Assembly (NCBI GenBank): GCA_014435945.1
Contig: GCA_014435945.1_4088.1
Length of the DNA: 64,000 bases
DNA from: a phage
Strand: one strand, 5' to 3'
Of the stretch, positions 35,215 to 44,305 are shown one piece after another. The position numbers and the translations under genes are program-made. Positions within the stretch are counted from its first letter, which is position 1; every line of letters begins with the position of its first letter. The notes under the pieces were generated by a model. The model saw nothing but the letters and a program-made list of their open reading frames with translations. It ran no database searches and was not told the origin of the DNA.

Positions 35215-35623
35215 AATACCAAATTTCCACAGTACATTAATGTACTTTTCTGAACAAGAAATCAGTACTGAAAGACGTGGTTTAGTTACATATAATCAAC
35301 ATCGTGTTATGTACACTAATAATTTTCAGGGTACTGTACGAATAAAATTTCGTAATGCGTTAGAAGAGAATGATGAATTGTTAATTTTACTAAGAAAAAG
35401 TAAGATTGAATTGACATACGCAACTCACCATATTGAAAGTGAGTTGATGTGGCACACCCTATCAAAAAAAGAAGGTTCATTGCCAGTTGTTGATAATGGT
35501 CCTGAAACACTTGATCAGTACATGTTCATTGATGATACATTTAGTATTGACTATCCATCATTTCAGTGTATACTAGATATACATGCAAAATATTACGACC
35601 GTCTACGTGATAGATTAATTTAA
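35201..35623 (+). CDS. hypothetical protein, tandem paralog 2
   Basis: C-terminus LDQYMFIDDTFSIDYPSFQCILDIHAKYYDRL. Confidence 0.45.
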   Translation: MDIRKIPNFHSTLMYFSEQEISTERRGLVTYNQHRVMYTNNFQGTVRIKFRNALEENDELLILLRKSKIELTYATHHIESELMWHTLSKKEGSLPVVDNGPETLDQYMFIDDTFSIDYPSFQCILDIHAKYYDRLRDRLI

Positions 35624-35758
35624 TTGGAGGCATTGTGATTACAGTATTAGAAGAAGATTGGGGTGTTTCCGAGCAAGGAACAGATGAATATGAATATCCA
35701 GAATATCAGCCAAAAGGCTTCTGGGAACGTCTACGTGATTGGTTGATGGGGGAATGAT

Positions 35759-36874
35759 ATGAAAAAGTATTTGGTTGGTGGCTACGTTCGTGACCGTTTA
35801 ATGGGCATCCGTGCAAAAGACAAAGATTATGTTATTGTTGGTGCTACCGAATCCGATATTAAGTACTTGCAAAGTATTGGATACAAGCAAGTAGGTAAGG
35901 ATTTCCCTGTATATCTAAGTCCAGAAGGTAATGAACACGCATTAGCCCGTACTGAGCGTAAAACTGGTACTGGATATGGTGGCTTCGAAGTGAATACAAA
36001 AGGTGTGACACTAGAACAAGATCTATATCGTCGTGATCTCACAATCAATAGTATTGCATATGATCCAGTACTCCAGATTCACATCGACCCTTATGGCGGG
36101 AAAGCTGATATCAAGAACAAAGTACTTCGTCATGTATCAGAACACTTTAAAGAAGATCCATTGCGTGTTCTACGTTTGGCCCGTTTCGCTACGCGTTACT
36201 CCGACTTTACAATCCATGATGATACTATGACAATGTGTAAAGATATGGTTAGTACTGGTGAACTAGACCATCTAGTCCCAGAACGTGTATTTGTTGAATT
36301 CGAAAAAGCACTTTCTGAAGAAAACCCTTCCAAGTTTATCAAAACTCTGGTACAATTTGGTTATTACGAAAAGGCATTTACTACAGTTCCAGTTACCAAG
36401 AAACGTCTGGAATTAATTGATGCTATCGCTGCAAATTGTACAGAAGAATATAAACCATATTTCTTATGGACAGTACTTCTTGAAAATGAAGAAGTAAATA
36501 ATGATTCAGTACTTAACGGTTCCATTAAGGTTCCAGTTAAGTACGTGAAGTTTAGTAATTACATCAAGCGTTTCCGTGAAGATATTAAAACCTTCCGTAA
36601 GAAGACCCCAGTTGAAATGGGGCAAATCTTACTGGATATGAATATCAAAAACAATGGTGGTGAAGATTTCCTTTACAAAGTACTGGAAAACTTCATTTTG
36701 AACAAAGAAATTGATTCTGAACTTGAAGATTTGATTATTAAAGTTTATGATCGTTATACTGATGTTGAATTACCTGATATTCAGCAGTTAGTGAAAGATG
36801 GTGAACTCCAAACATCGGAGATTCGTGATTTTGTTGCTGAATTGCGTATTGAAGCAATCAAGCAAATGTTCTAA
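35759..36874 (+). CDS. cca: tRNA nucleotidyltransferase (CCA-adding enzyme)
   Basis: Head-domain motifs GGYVRDRLMG, DxD, RRDLTINSIAYD, ERKTGTGYGGF. Confidence 0.85.
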   Translation: MKKYLVGGYVRDRLMGIRAKDKDYVIVGATESDIKYLQSIGYKQVGKDFPVYLSPEGNEHALARTERKTGTGYGGFEVNTKGVTLEQDLYRRDLTINSIAYDPVLQIHIDPYGGKADIKNKVLRHVSEHFKEDPLRVLRLARFATRYSDFTIHDDTMTMCKDMVSTGELDHLVPERVFVEFEKALSEENPSKFIKTLVQFGYYEKAFTTVPVTKKRLELIDAIAANCTEEYKPYFLWTVLLENEEVNNDSVLNGSIKVPVKYVKFSNYIKRFREDIKTFRKKTPVEMGQILLDMNIKNNGGEDFLYKVLENFILNKEIDSELEDLIIKVYDRYTDVELPDIQQLVKDGELQTSEIRDFVAELRIEAIKQMF

Positions 36875-36898
36875 AAGCTGGGACAAGTTAACATCTTC

Positions 36899-36907
36899 TG
36901 ATATAAT
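36899..36907 (+). promoter_or_regulatory. extended -10 promoter element (TGATATAAT)
   Basis: TGATATAAT 43 nt upstream of the Nudix ATG. Confidence 0.4.
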
Positions 36908-36949
36908 TACTAGTATCTGAACATCACTTGATGATAAAGAGATAAGATT

Positions 36950-37394
36950 ATGCGTTATAGCTGTGGTATAATATTTTATCGTGATGGTCAGATACTTATC
37001 GGGCATACAACACGGACAGAATCACTGGGACTTACCTAAAGGTAAAACTGAAGGTACAGAAACATTTAAAGAGGCTGCTGTACGTGAATGCTACGAAGAG
37101 ACAGGATATGAAATCGATGAAGATGATCTTCTGTTTCTTGGTGATGTATCGTATAGAAAGGGGAAACGTTTAGTTTTATTTTTCTATACAGCCAAAGATA
37201 AGCCTATACCAGAAGAGTTGGTGTGTAAAAGTACTTACACAAACAGATATGGTAGAAGTCACCCAGAATTGGATAAGTTCATGTACATTGATGTACTAGA
37301 TTGTCAAAAGTATTTGACTGAACGAATGTGTAACAGTATAATAAAGGCTGTTACAATGTTTCAACGAAATAAAGGGAAAAGAAATGAAAGTTAA
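36950..37394 (+). pseudogene. Nudix hydrolase with apparent +1 frameshift near codon 25
   Basis: Frame A (ATG 36950) encodes Nudix-like N-terminus GIIFYRDGQILIGHTTR then stops at 37037; frame B (+1) encodes LPKGKTEGTETFKEAAVRECYEETGY (perfect Nudix box) to 37394. Confidence 0.55.
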
Positions 37395-37632
37395 AATTTA
37401 TGGTCGCACTACTGGTTGTAAATTCTGCGACACTGCTAAAGCAGTATGTGAAAATAACAAATTTGATATGGAGTTTATCGATATTGTTACCGCTGGTATT
37501 GATGGTGCTAAACTATCTGAACTATGTGGTGAGCCAGTACGACAGGTTCCACAAATTTTCGTAAACGATGTTTACGTTCCAGGTGGCTGTACTGGTTTCG
37601 TTGAAGGTCTTAAAGAAGGTCGCTGGAATTAA
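37384..37632 (+). CDS. glutaredoxin/thioredoxin-like protein (NrdC-like)
   Basis: 82 aa; active-site CKFC near N-terminus; size and pattern as T4 NrdC/NrdH-type redoxins. Confidence 0.7.
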   Translation: MKVKIYGRTTGCKFCDTAKAVCENNKFDMEFIDIVTAGIDGAKLSELCGEPVRQVPQIFVNDVYVPGGCTGFVEGLKEGRWN

Positions 37633-37874
37633 TGAATATTGATAAAGTATCATCTCGTGCAAAACATTTAGCTGACACATTGGGTGTTGAATTTAAAATG
37701 CCTGATATGGAAGCTGCAAAAGTTAAAGCACAACGTAAAATTCACAAAATGAAAGAATACACTACTAAGAAAGAACAGTACGATAAAGCGGTTGCTTATA
37801 TTATTGAAGCTTTCAGTAAAGATGATATTTTGGCATTCATCGCTTCAGTAGAGGTTTCGAGCAACCCTAAATAA
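37632..37874 (+). CDS. hypothetical protein
   Basis: 80-aa ORF overlapping upstream stop. Confidence 0.4.
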   Translation: MNIDKVSSRAKHLADTLGVEFKMPDMEAAKVKAQRKIHKMKEYTTKKEQYDKAVAYIIEAFSKDDILAFIASVEVSSNPK

Positions 37875-37919
37875 TAATGAAGAACACAAGTTCTTCGTAA
37901 CAATTTGGGAGATACTATT

Positions 37920-38162
37920 ATGCTCAGTTTTCGTGAACAATTAGCAAAAGGCCAATTCGCTGCTAAAGCTCAAACATCCATTCCTAAAAAGTCTGCTTTC
38001 TTAGGGACGATTACAGAAGATGGTTATTGTGATTATAATGCACCAGAAGATTCATGGTACATTACGAAAGACACAAAACGTGGTAATAGACTTCACAAAA
38101 GTACCATTGCTCGCAAACAACGAAAAGAATTGAAAAAAATTCGATTCGGTGAAGAAGAATAA
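37920..38162 (+). CDS. hypothetical basic protein
   Basis: ATG after GGGAGA (ORF track gave TTG at 37905). Confidence 0.4.
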   Translation: MLSFREQLAKGQFAAKAQTSIPKKSAFLGTITEDGYCDYNAPEDSWYITKDTKRGNRLHKSTIARKQRKELKKIRFGEEE

Positions 38163-38173
38163 AATATAAATTA

Positions 38174-38203
38174 AGGACTCTGATTACAGAGTCCTTTCTT
38201 TTC
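38174..38203 (+). terminator. intrinsic terminator
   Basis: AGGACTCTG-atta-CAGAGTCCT followed by TTCTTTTC then GGAG. Confidence 0.75.
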
Positions 38204-38213
38204 GGAGAATATA

Positions 38214-38690
38214 ATGATACATGAACACCTAGGTAATTTGTTTGAATTGTTCAACTCTGTTACTGATGATCAAACCGCGTTGCATATAATCGCTCATGGT
38301 TGTAATGCACAGGGTAAGATGGGTTCGGGTTTTGCAAAAGAACTAAGAAATCGTTACCCGATGGCATATGATGATTATAAAGCATATGAAAAGGAAATGG
38401 GATTTCTAAGAACAGGACAAATTTCATATTCTTCTATAAGTGATGATTTGCTTATCGCAAACTGCATTACCCAACAGTACTATGGTAATGACGGTTCTAA
38501 GTATGTAAGTTATGATGCAATCGATGATGTTTTCAAACAACTAAATTACTTATGTAACGTTGAACGCACTGTTCATGTACACTTCCCGAAAATTGGAGCC
38601 GATTTAGGCGGTGGTAACTGGAACGTTATCAAAGAAATCATTGACCACAGACTGGTTAATGCAGAAAAACACTTATACATTCTAAAATAA
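38214..38690 (+). CDS. macro-domain protein (ADP-ribose binding/processing)
   Basis: ALHIIAHGCNAQGKMGSGFA resembles the macro-domain motif [IV]xHxxNCQGxMGAGIA. Confidence 0.55.
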   Translation: MIHEHLGNLFELFNSVTDDQTALHIIAHGCNAQGKMGSGFAKELRNRYPMAYDDYKAYEKEMGFLRTGQISYSSISDDLLIANCITQQYYGNDGSKYVSYDAIDDVFKQLNYLCNVERTVHVHFPKIGADLGGGNWNVIKEIIDHRLVNAEKHLYILK

Positions 38691-38709
38691 ACAAAAGGAC
38701 TTGACAAAA

Positions 38710-39018
38710 ATGACTATGACCGTTAAACTACTAAACATCAACAGCGTTGGCCCAGTACTAGCAATTCTACAAAATGATGCACCAGAAGCAGTAGTAGTTA
38801 ACTACCCAGCCCAGCTAGGTACTGACGAACAAGGTGAAATCATTCTACGTGATTACCTAGAATTCATTAGTTCTGAAAAAGGCGTTATTTTTTATAAATC
38901 CAACATCATTAGCATCAGCGATGCAAACCCTGCACTAGTTGAAGCTTATGTTGAAGCAATCAAGGCTATCGAAGAAAAACCAGCACTGATTGTTCCTGAT
39001 AACAAAATCATTCTATAA
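38710..39018 (+). CDS. hypothetical protein
   Basis: ATG after AAAAGGA (ORF track gave TTG at 38701). Confidence 0.45.
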   Translation: MTMTVKLLNINSVGPVLAILQNDAPEAVVVNYPAQLGTDEQGEIILRDYLEFISSEKGVIFYKSNIISISDANPALVEAYVEAIKAIEEKPALIVPDNKIIL

Positions 39019-39030
39019 TAGAGGTATCTA

Positions 39031-39408
39031 ATGGCTGCTCAAAACGTTAAAGTTAAAACTATCCAAGCTATCGTAGTACTGAAAGATTCTACTCCATCAC
39101 CAAAAGAACTGGTTATGGCTGGTATGACAATGCTACATCAGTACAATCCAGAATCACCTAACTATGTACTGGAATACGAAGCGAAGCAGTTTAAAGAACA
39201 TTGGCAGTCATGGATTAAAGATAATGAAATGGAACAGGTTGTTTATGCTGCTGATGACATTTTCGAATTAGAACAAATCGAATATCTAGCAGGACAACAA
39301 TCTGTACCATTGAGTATCTTCGGTAATGGAGAAGAAGTTTTAGTACTGGGACCATTTACCGCTGATGCCATCATGCATTTACTAAGTAATTGTAAAAAAG
39401 TTGGCTAA
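39031..39408 (+). CDS. hypothetical protein
   Basis: ATG after AGAGG; 125 aa. Confidence 0.5.
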   Translation: MAAQNVKVKTIQAIVVLKDSTPSPKELVMAGMTMLHQYNPESPNYVLEYEAKQFKEHWQSWIKDNEMEQVVYAADDIFELEQIEYLAGQQSVPLSIFGNGEEVLVLGPFTADAIMHLLSNCKKVG

Positions 39409-39619
39409 AAAACAAATATTATCAGGTTACCGTAATAACACGTTGCACTACAATGACTTAAAGTACTGGGTTGACCCACACAACAATAAGTCATTGTTGC
39501 TGTACAGAGATAAATTTCGAGATTTGTACGGTATATATGACACCCAGTTAATATACTTAGTTGATACCGAACATTTTGCTCCTATGGTATACTTGTATTG
39601 CTTGTATAATTCCAAATAA
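39401..39619 (+). CDS. hypothetical protein
   Basis: 72-aa ORF overlapping upstream stop. Confidence 0.35.
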   Translation: MAKKQILSGYRNNTLHYNDLKYWVDPHNNKSLLLYRDKFRDLYGIYDTQLIYLVDTEHFAPMVYLYCLYNSK

Positions 39620-39669
39620 CTATTAGCACCTCTAAATAATGTATATAAACATTAATGAGGTGCTTTTTT

Positions 39670-40461
39670 ATGTCTTACGATTATATGGGTGGAAACCCAG
39701 ATGCTCCAAACTTTGATCATCGTGAAAAACTGAAAGATGTTATCACTCAAATGTTAGGTGCTGGTGCAGTTGAAGTTGAAATTACTGATGGTCAATTGGA
39801 AATTGCAATTGATAATGCGGTATCAAACTACCGAGCATGGAGTTCTGCTTCAAAAGAAGAAGCATTCTTGAACATGAAATTCTATGATTCACAATCTGTA
39901 TACATGCTTCCTACTGAAGTTGAAATTGTCAAACAGATTTATCGTTATGGTAACGGTTATCTAAGTTCTGGTAGTGGTAACTCAGTAGACCCTTTTTCAC
40001 TCGCATTTACCAACACTTACCTTTTAACGTCTGCACGTAACGCTGGTGGTTATGACTTAACTACTTATGATTTTAGTTTTCAGTTCCAAGAATTAGTTGG
40101 GCGTATGTTTGGTAGAGAAATCATCTTCCAGTTCAACCCAATGACCAAAAAACTAATAATTGACCGTGATATTCGTGGTACTGAAGAAGTGCTATTACAT
40201 GTATATCATAATATACCTGAACCATTGCTATTCCAACGTCAACAAAGCTATCCTTGGCTACGTGACTGGGCATTGTCTGAAGCTATGATTATGTTGGGTC
40301 GCAACCGTGCTAAATTTGCTACATTACCTGGACCACAGGGTACATTCTCTATGGATGGTGATACATTACGTAATGAAGGTGCACAACTTCAAGAACAGCT
40401 TAAAGAACAGTTGAAGAGATACAAAGATGGTGGTGATCCACTTGGAATGATTATCGGATAA
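39670..40461 (+). CDS. hypothetical protein (possibly virion-associated)
   Basis: ATG 9 nt after GAGG; 263 aa; lies upstream of the tail module. Confidence 0.45.
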   Translation: MSYDYMGGNPDAPNFDHREKLKDVITQMLGAGAVEVEITDGQLEIAIDNAVSNYRAWSSASKEEAFLNMKFYDSQSVYMLPTEVEIVKQIYRYGNGYLSSGSGNSVDPFSLAFTNTYLLTSARNAGGYDLTTYDFSFQFQELVGRMFGREIIFQFNPMTKKLIIDRDIRGTEEVLLHVYHNIPEPLLFQRQQSYPWLRDWALSEAMIMLGRNRAKFATLPGPQGTFSMDGDTLRNEGAQLQEQLKEQLKRYKDGGDPLGMIIG

Positions 40462-40471
40462 AACAAAAAAA

Positions 40472-40497
40472 AGACTCCTATATGGGGTCTTTTTTTA
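40472..40497 (+). terminator. intrinsic terminator
   Basis: AGACTCC-tatat-GGGGTCT (one G-U) followed by T7; resembles the 30444 terminator. Confidence 0.6.
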
Positions 40498-40504
40498 TAT
40501 GTTG

Positions 40505-40513
40505 TGATATAAT
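40505..40513 (+). promoter_or_regulatory. extended -10 promoter element (TGATATAAT)
   Basis: TGATATAAT immediately after the terminator, 28 nt upstream of the 40541 ORF. Confidence 0.4.
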
Positions 40514-40540
40514 GATAATATTAATCTAAAGGAACCTGAC

Positions 40541-40819
40541 ATGAATAACAACATAGATGCAGTGTATGCAATGTATAACAAATATACTTGTGGAGCACCT
40601 ACATTGGATTATGAATCAACCGAAAAGAACTGGAAATTTATAAAAGAATCAATCGTAGATGTTTTCGGTAGAGATCGAATAAACGCGTGGGCGAGTATAT
40701 GTCGTGATGATAATGGAGAAACATTCTACATCACTTATGTTACTATATATTATGGGAGTGAGTTTATAGTTGGATTACTTGAATGTTTAGTAGGAAAGGA
40801 TTTAGTAGTACTTATATAA
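40541..40819 (+). CDS. hypothetical protein
   Basis: ATG after AAAGGAAC; 92 aa. Confidence 0.45.
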   Translation: MNNNIDAVYAMYNKYTCGAPTLDYESTEKNWKFIKESIVDVFGRDRINAWASICRDDNGETFYITYVTIYYGSEFIVGLLECLVGKDLVVLI

Positions 40820-40837
40820 TATACATGGAGAAGTATT

Positions 40838-41464
40838 ATGGAAAGACAAATAATTGCAATTAACGGTACTATCGGTAGTGGCAAAGATACTTTTGGTGAA
40901 ACTTTTATCAATAATGGTTACACAAGAATGTCATTTGCAACTAATCTTAAAGATTCAGTTGCTGCTATCTTTGGATGGGATCGTGAAATGCTTGAGGGTT
41001 CGACTAAGGAAAGTCGTAAACTCCGTGAAGAGCCAGACCAGTACTGGTGTGAGAAGTTGGGTCGTGATGATGTTTCCCCTCGTTGGGTATTACAGAATTA
41101 CGGTACTAATATTTTGCGTAAGTACTTTCATAATGATATTTGGGTCCATAGTTTAGAGAAGTCAATGCAATCTGTTGAAGGGAATATTATCATTACTGAC
41201 TGCCGATTTCCAAATGAACTAAAAATGATTCGTTCATTAAATGGTATTGTGATTGAAGTTCAGCGTACCCTCCCACACTGGTATGGTTTAGCAGCATCTT
41301 TTAATAAAGGTGATATTAGCATGAAACCAATTGAGTTAGAATCAGTTCATGAATCTGAATGGGCGTGGATTGGTATCAATAATCCTGATATCATTGTACA
41401 AAATAATAGCACAATTGAAGCGTTGCACCAACAAGCATTGAGCGTTATTTATGCCAATAAGTGA
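40838..41464 (+). CDS. deoxynucleoside monophosphate kinase (T4 gp1-like)
   Basis: P-loop INGTIGSGKDT; ITDCRFPNE..IVIEVQR region parallels T4 dNMP kinase IVPDTRQDHE..VIHVVR. Confidence 0.6.
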   Translation: MERQIIAINGTIGSGKDTFGETFINNGYTRMSFATNLKDSVAAIFGWDREMLEGSTKESRKLREEPDQYWCEKLGRDDVSPRWVLQNYGTNILRKYFHNDIWVHSLEKSMQSVEGNIIITDCRFPNELKMIRSLNGIVIEVQRTLPHWYGLAASFNKGDISMKPIELESVHESEWAWIGINNPDIIVQNNSTIEALHQQALSVIYANK

Positions 41465-41500
41465 AATTAAAACAATTAGGACTTGACATTCAAATCCTTC

Positions 41501-41508
41501 AATAAATA
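41501..41508 (+). promoter_or_regulatory. possible T4-type late promoter-like element
   Basis: AATAAATA (7/8 to TATAAATA) 51 nt upstream of the tail sheath gene. Confidence 0.25.
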
Positions 41509-41558
41509 AGACTATACGAATATAATTCGAATAACCAATTATTTTTGGAGGATTTAAT

Positions 41559-44222
41559 ATGGCAGGAGATCTACTCTCACCTGGCGTTTCCATTTCAGTA
41601 ACTGATGAAAGTATGAGTACTGCTGCTGCTCCTGGCACAGTACCACTATTTGTAATCGCTACTGCTGAAGACAAACTTGTTCCTGGTAGCAGTGCAATCG
41701 CTGCTGGAACCACTAAAGCAAACGCTGGTAAACTACAGCTACTAACATCACAGAAAAGCTCACTAGATACATTTGGCTCACCAATTTTCCAAATGAACAA
41801 TGGTTCAGTTGTTCAAGGTGACGAACTAAACGAATATGGTCTACATGCTGTATATTCTTATCTAGGCATCACCAACCGTGCATATGTTATTCGTGCTGAT
41901 ATCGATTTAGCTCAACTATCACCAAGTGCAACTGCACCAACTGGTCCAGTACCAAATGGTACTCTATGGTTTGATGCTGCTCAATCACAAATTGAAGCTT
42001 ATGTTGCTAAGAAAGACAGCCCAAGCAGTTTCTATGACTGGCAATTAAAGCCTGTTACAATCGTAAGTTCTGAAGAAGTTGACGATGTAAGCCTAGTTGG
42101 TCTAAACGTTGATGATCTCGTTCTACGTTACAAACCAAGTAATGGTCAAATGCTTATGTACAAACGTGCAGCATCTGGTCTAGTACAGGTTGAAACTTAC
42201 CTATCACCAATCAACAAAGTTCCAGTTGGTTCAACTGTTGAACAAGGTAACGTATGGATTCGTGATGGTTATACTCAAAATGGTTCAAACTATTTTGGTA
42301 CTCGTTTTGTTCTAAAACGTTATGCATCTCTAACTCAAGTTTGGAATATCGTTCCAGCATATACTGGTAATTCTTTCCAAGAAGTTGAAGCTAAGAGTGG
42401 TGTACTAAACAACAGTTATATTGCTTGCCGTTTTGATGATGATAGTAAGAGTTTCTCTTTCTATATTCAAAGTGCAAAACTATCAGCAATTAGTGCTCCA
42501 GCAGTACCACTAGGTGAAACTGTTATTGAGCAAGCTGGTGAAAATAGTTATTTGACTTTCGCTTACCTAAACAAATCTGTTAAAGTACTTGCAGTACCAC
42601 AAGGTGGCGTAATTAATACTCAAACTATCATCGATAATCTAAATGTTAGTGCTGATCTTATCAATGATGGATTCAAATTCAAACGTGAATCTAATGGCGG
42701 TTTGGTAGTTACAAACACCAAAGGTTATAGCTTTAAAGTTACCCAAAGCGGTGATGATATTTTTGCAGCGAATGAACTAGCTAAACTAACTGTAGATAGT
42801 AACAACTATTCTCTAGTTAACGTTAATAACTTACGTGTTAGCTCTTCTGTTCCACGTAGTATTGCTAAAGACGGTACTATTTGGTATGATTTCGGTAATT
42901 CCGATAACCTAACTGTTACCATGTACATTGCAGATGTTGCAAATGACGAATGGGATCTAGTACAAGAAGATAACAAATATGTTCAAGTTGATGAACCTGC
43001 GGCAGACCGTCTAATTTGGGTACGCCCTCTATCTCAAGGAATTGATGGTTATGATTTCTATCGTAACGTTGATGGTGAGTGGGTTAAACTAGACAATACT
43101 GACCAAAGTACTCTAAACGGTATGATTTTCGCTGACTTTAACTTCCCTGAACAAGTTGCTTCTGCTGCTCTTTATCAGAATGGTATGCTTGCAATTGACC
43201 TCGGTAATACCGAAGGTGTTGTTAAGAAAATGGTTAATGGTCAATGGCAAGTTGTTAGTGGTGTTAGTCTTGATGGTGCAGGTCTATTCGGTCGTGCAGC
43301 ACAACGCAAACTAATCGTTGAAGCACTAGCTGCTGTAATCATCGGTAATGATGATATCCGTTCTGAATTCATCAACTTTAACCTAATCTGTGTTCCTGGT
43401 TATGTAGAAACTCTAGATGAATGTATTACCCTAAACACTGATCGTAAAGAAACAGCGTTTATCGTAACTGATGTACCTGCTCGTTTGAACCCAACCGGAA
43501 ACGGTAGTGCAGTTCAAGAATGGGCTACCAACGCAAACAACGCACCAAGTAATGGTTCAGTAGGCCGTACTTCTGCATATGATTATGCTGCTCAGTACAT
43601 GGGCTGGTGTTTAAGTACTAACGTTGATGGTGAAGAAGTTGCAGTGCCAGGCAGTACTGTTGCAATGCGTACCTATGCGTACAGTGATAGTGTTAGTTAT
43701 GTGTGGTATCCACCTGCTGGTACTACTCGTGGTGTTGTAACCAACGCTGCAAGTACTGGTTTCATTAATAGTGAAGGTGAATATCAACCAGTAGTATACA
43801 ACCAAGGTCAACGTGACGTGATGTATACCAACAACATTAACCCAATTGCAATGCGTCCTAACCGTGGCTTGCTAGTATATGGTGATAAAACACTATCTGC
43901 TAACCAAACCTCTGCACTAAGCCGTGTTAACGTTGCTCGTTTGGTTGTTTACATTCGTCGTCAACTAGAAATCATCTCTGAACCATTCCTATTCCGTTTG
44001 AATACTCCAAGTACTCGTCAGGAATTCAGTGGTGTAGTGAATAGCTTCCTAGCTGAAATCGTTCAACAACAAGGTCTATATAACTTCGCAGTAGTTTGTG
44101 ACGAAAGTAACAACACTTCTGAACGTATTGACCGTAACGAACTTTGGATGGATATTGCAATCCAACCTACCAAGTCTATCAACTTCATTTACGTACCTAT
44201 TCGTATTGAAAAGACTCAATAA
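41559..44222 (+). CDS. tail sheath protein
   Basis: 887 aa; conserved sheath C-terminal domain (GLLVYGDKTLS ... RVNVARLVVYIRRQLE ... FAVVCDESNNT ... WMDIAIQP). Confidence 0.85.
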   Translation: MAGDLLSPGVSISVTDESMSTAAAPGTVPLFVIATAEDKLVPGSSAIAAGTTKANAGKLQLLTSQKSSLDTFGSPIFQMNNGSVVQGDELNEYGLHAVYSYLGITNRAYVIRADIDLAQLSPSATAPTGPVPNGTLWFDAAQSQIEAYVAKKDSPSSFYDWQLKPVTIVSSEEVDDVSLVGLNVDDLVLRYKPSNGQMLMYKRAASGLVQVETYLSPINKVPVGSTVEQGNVWIRDGYTQNGSNYFGTRFVLKRYASLTQVWNIVPAYTGNSFQEVEAKSGVLNNSYIACRFDDDSKSFSFYIQSAKLSAISAPAVPLGETVIEQAGENSYLTFAYLNKSVKVLAVPQGGVINTQTIIDNLNVSADLINDGFKFKRESNGGLVVTNTKGYSFKVTQSGDDIFAANELAKLTVDSNNYSLVNVNNLRVSSSVPRSIAKDGTIWYDFGNSDNLTVTMYIADVANDEWDLVQEDNKYVQVDEPAADRLIWVRPLSQGIDGYDFYRNVDGEWVKLDNTDQSTLNGMIFADFNFPEQVASAALYQNGMLAIDLGNTEGVVKKMVNGQWQVVSGVSLDGAGLFGRAAQRKLIVEALAAVIIGNDDIRSEFINFNLICVPGYVETLDECITLNTDRKETAFIVTDVPARLNPTGNGSAVQEWATNANNAPSNGSVGRTSAYDYAAQYMGWCLSTNVDGEEVAVPGSTVAMRTYAYSDSVSYVWYPPAGTTRGVVTNAASTGFINSEGEYQPVVYNQGQRDVMYTNNINPIAMRPNRGLLVYGDKTLSANQTSALSRVNVARLVVYIRRQLEIISEPFLFRLNTPSTRQEFSGVVNSFLAEIVQQQGLYNFAVVCDESNNTSERIDRNELWMDIAIQPTKSINFIYVPIRIEKTQ

Positions 44223-44229
44223 AACACTA

Positions 44230-44255
44230 AGGGAACCTTTTGGTTCCCTTTTTTA
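44230..44255 (+). terminator. intrinsic terminator
   Basis: AGGGAACC-tttt-GGTTCCCT followed by TTTTTT. Confidence 0.75.
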
Positions 44256-44305
44256 TTGTTTAAAATTAAATACGTTATGTTATTAATTCAACGATCAGGA
44301 ATAAT

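Noticed and set aside
41483-41525. Canonical sigma70 promoter upstream of the tail sheath gene (TTGACA at 41483)
   Set aside because: No acceptable -10 hexamer at 16-18 nt spacing; the TATAAT at 41520 is 31 nt away. Only the weak late-promoter-like AATAAATA is reported.
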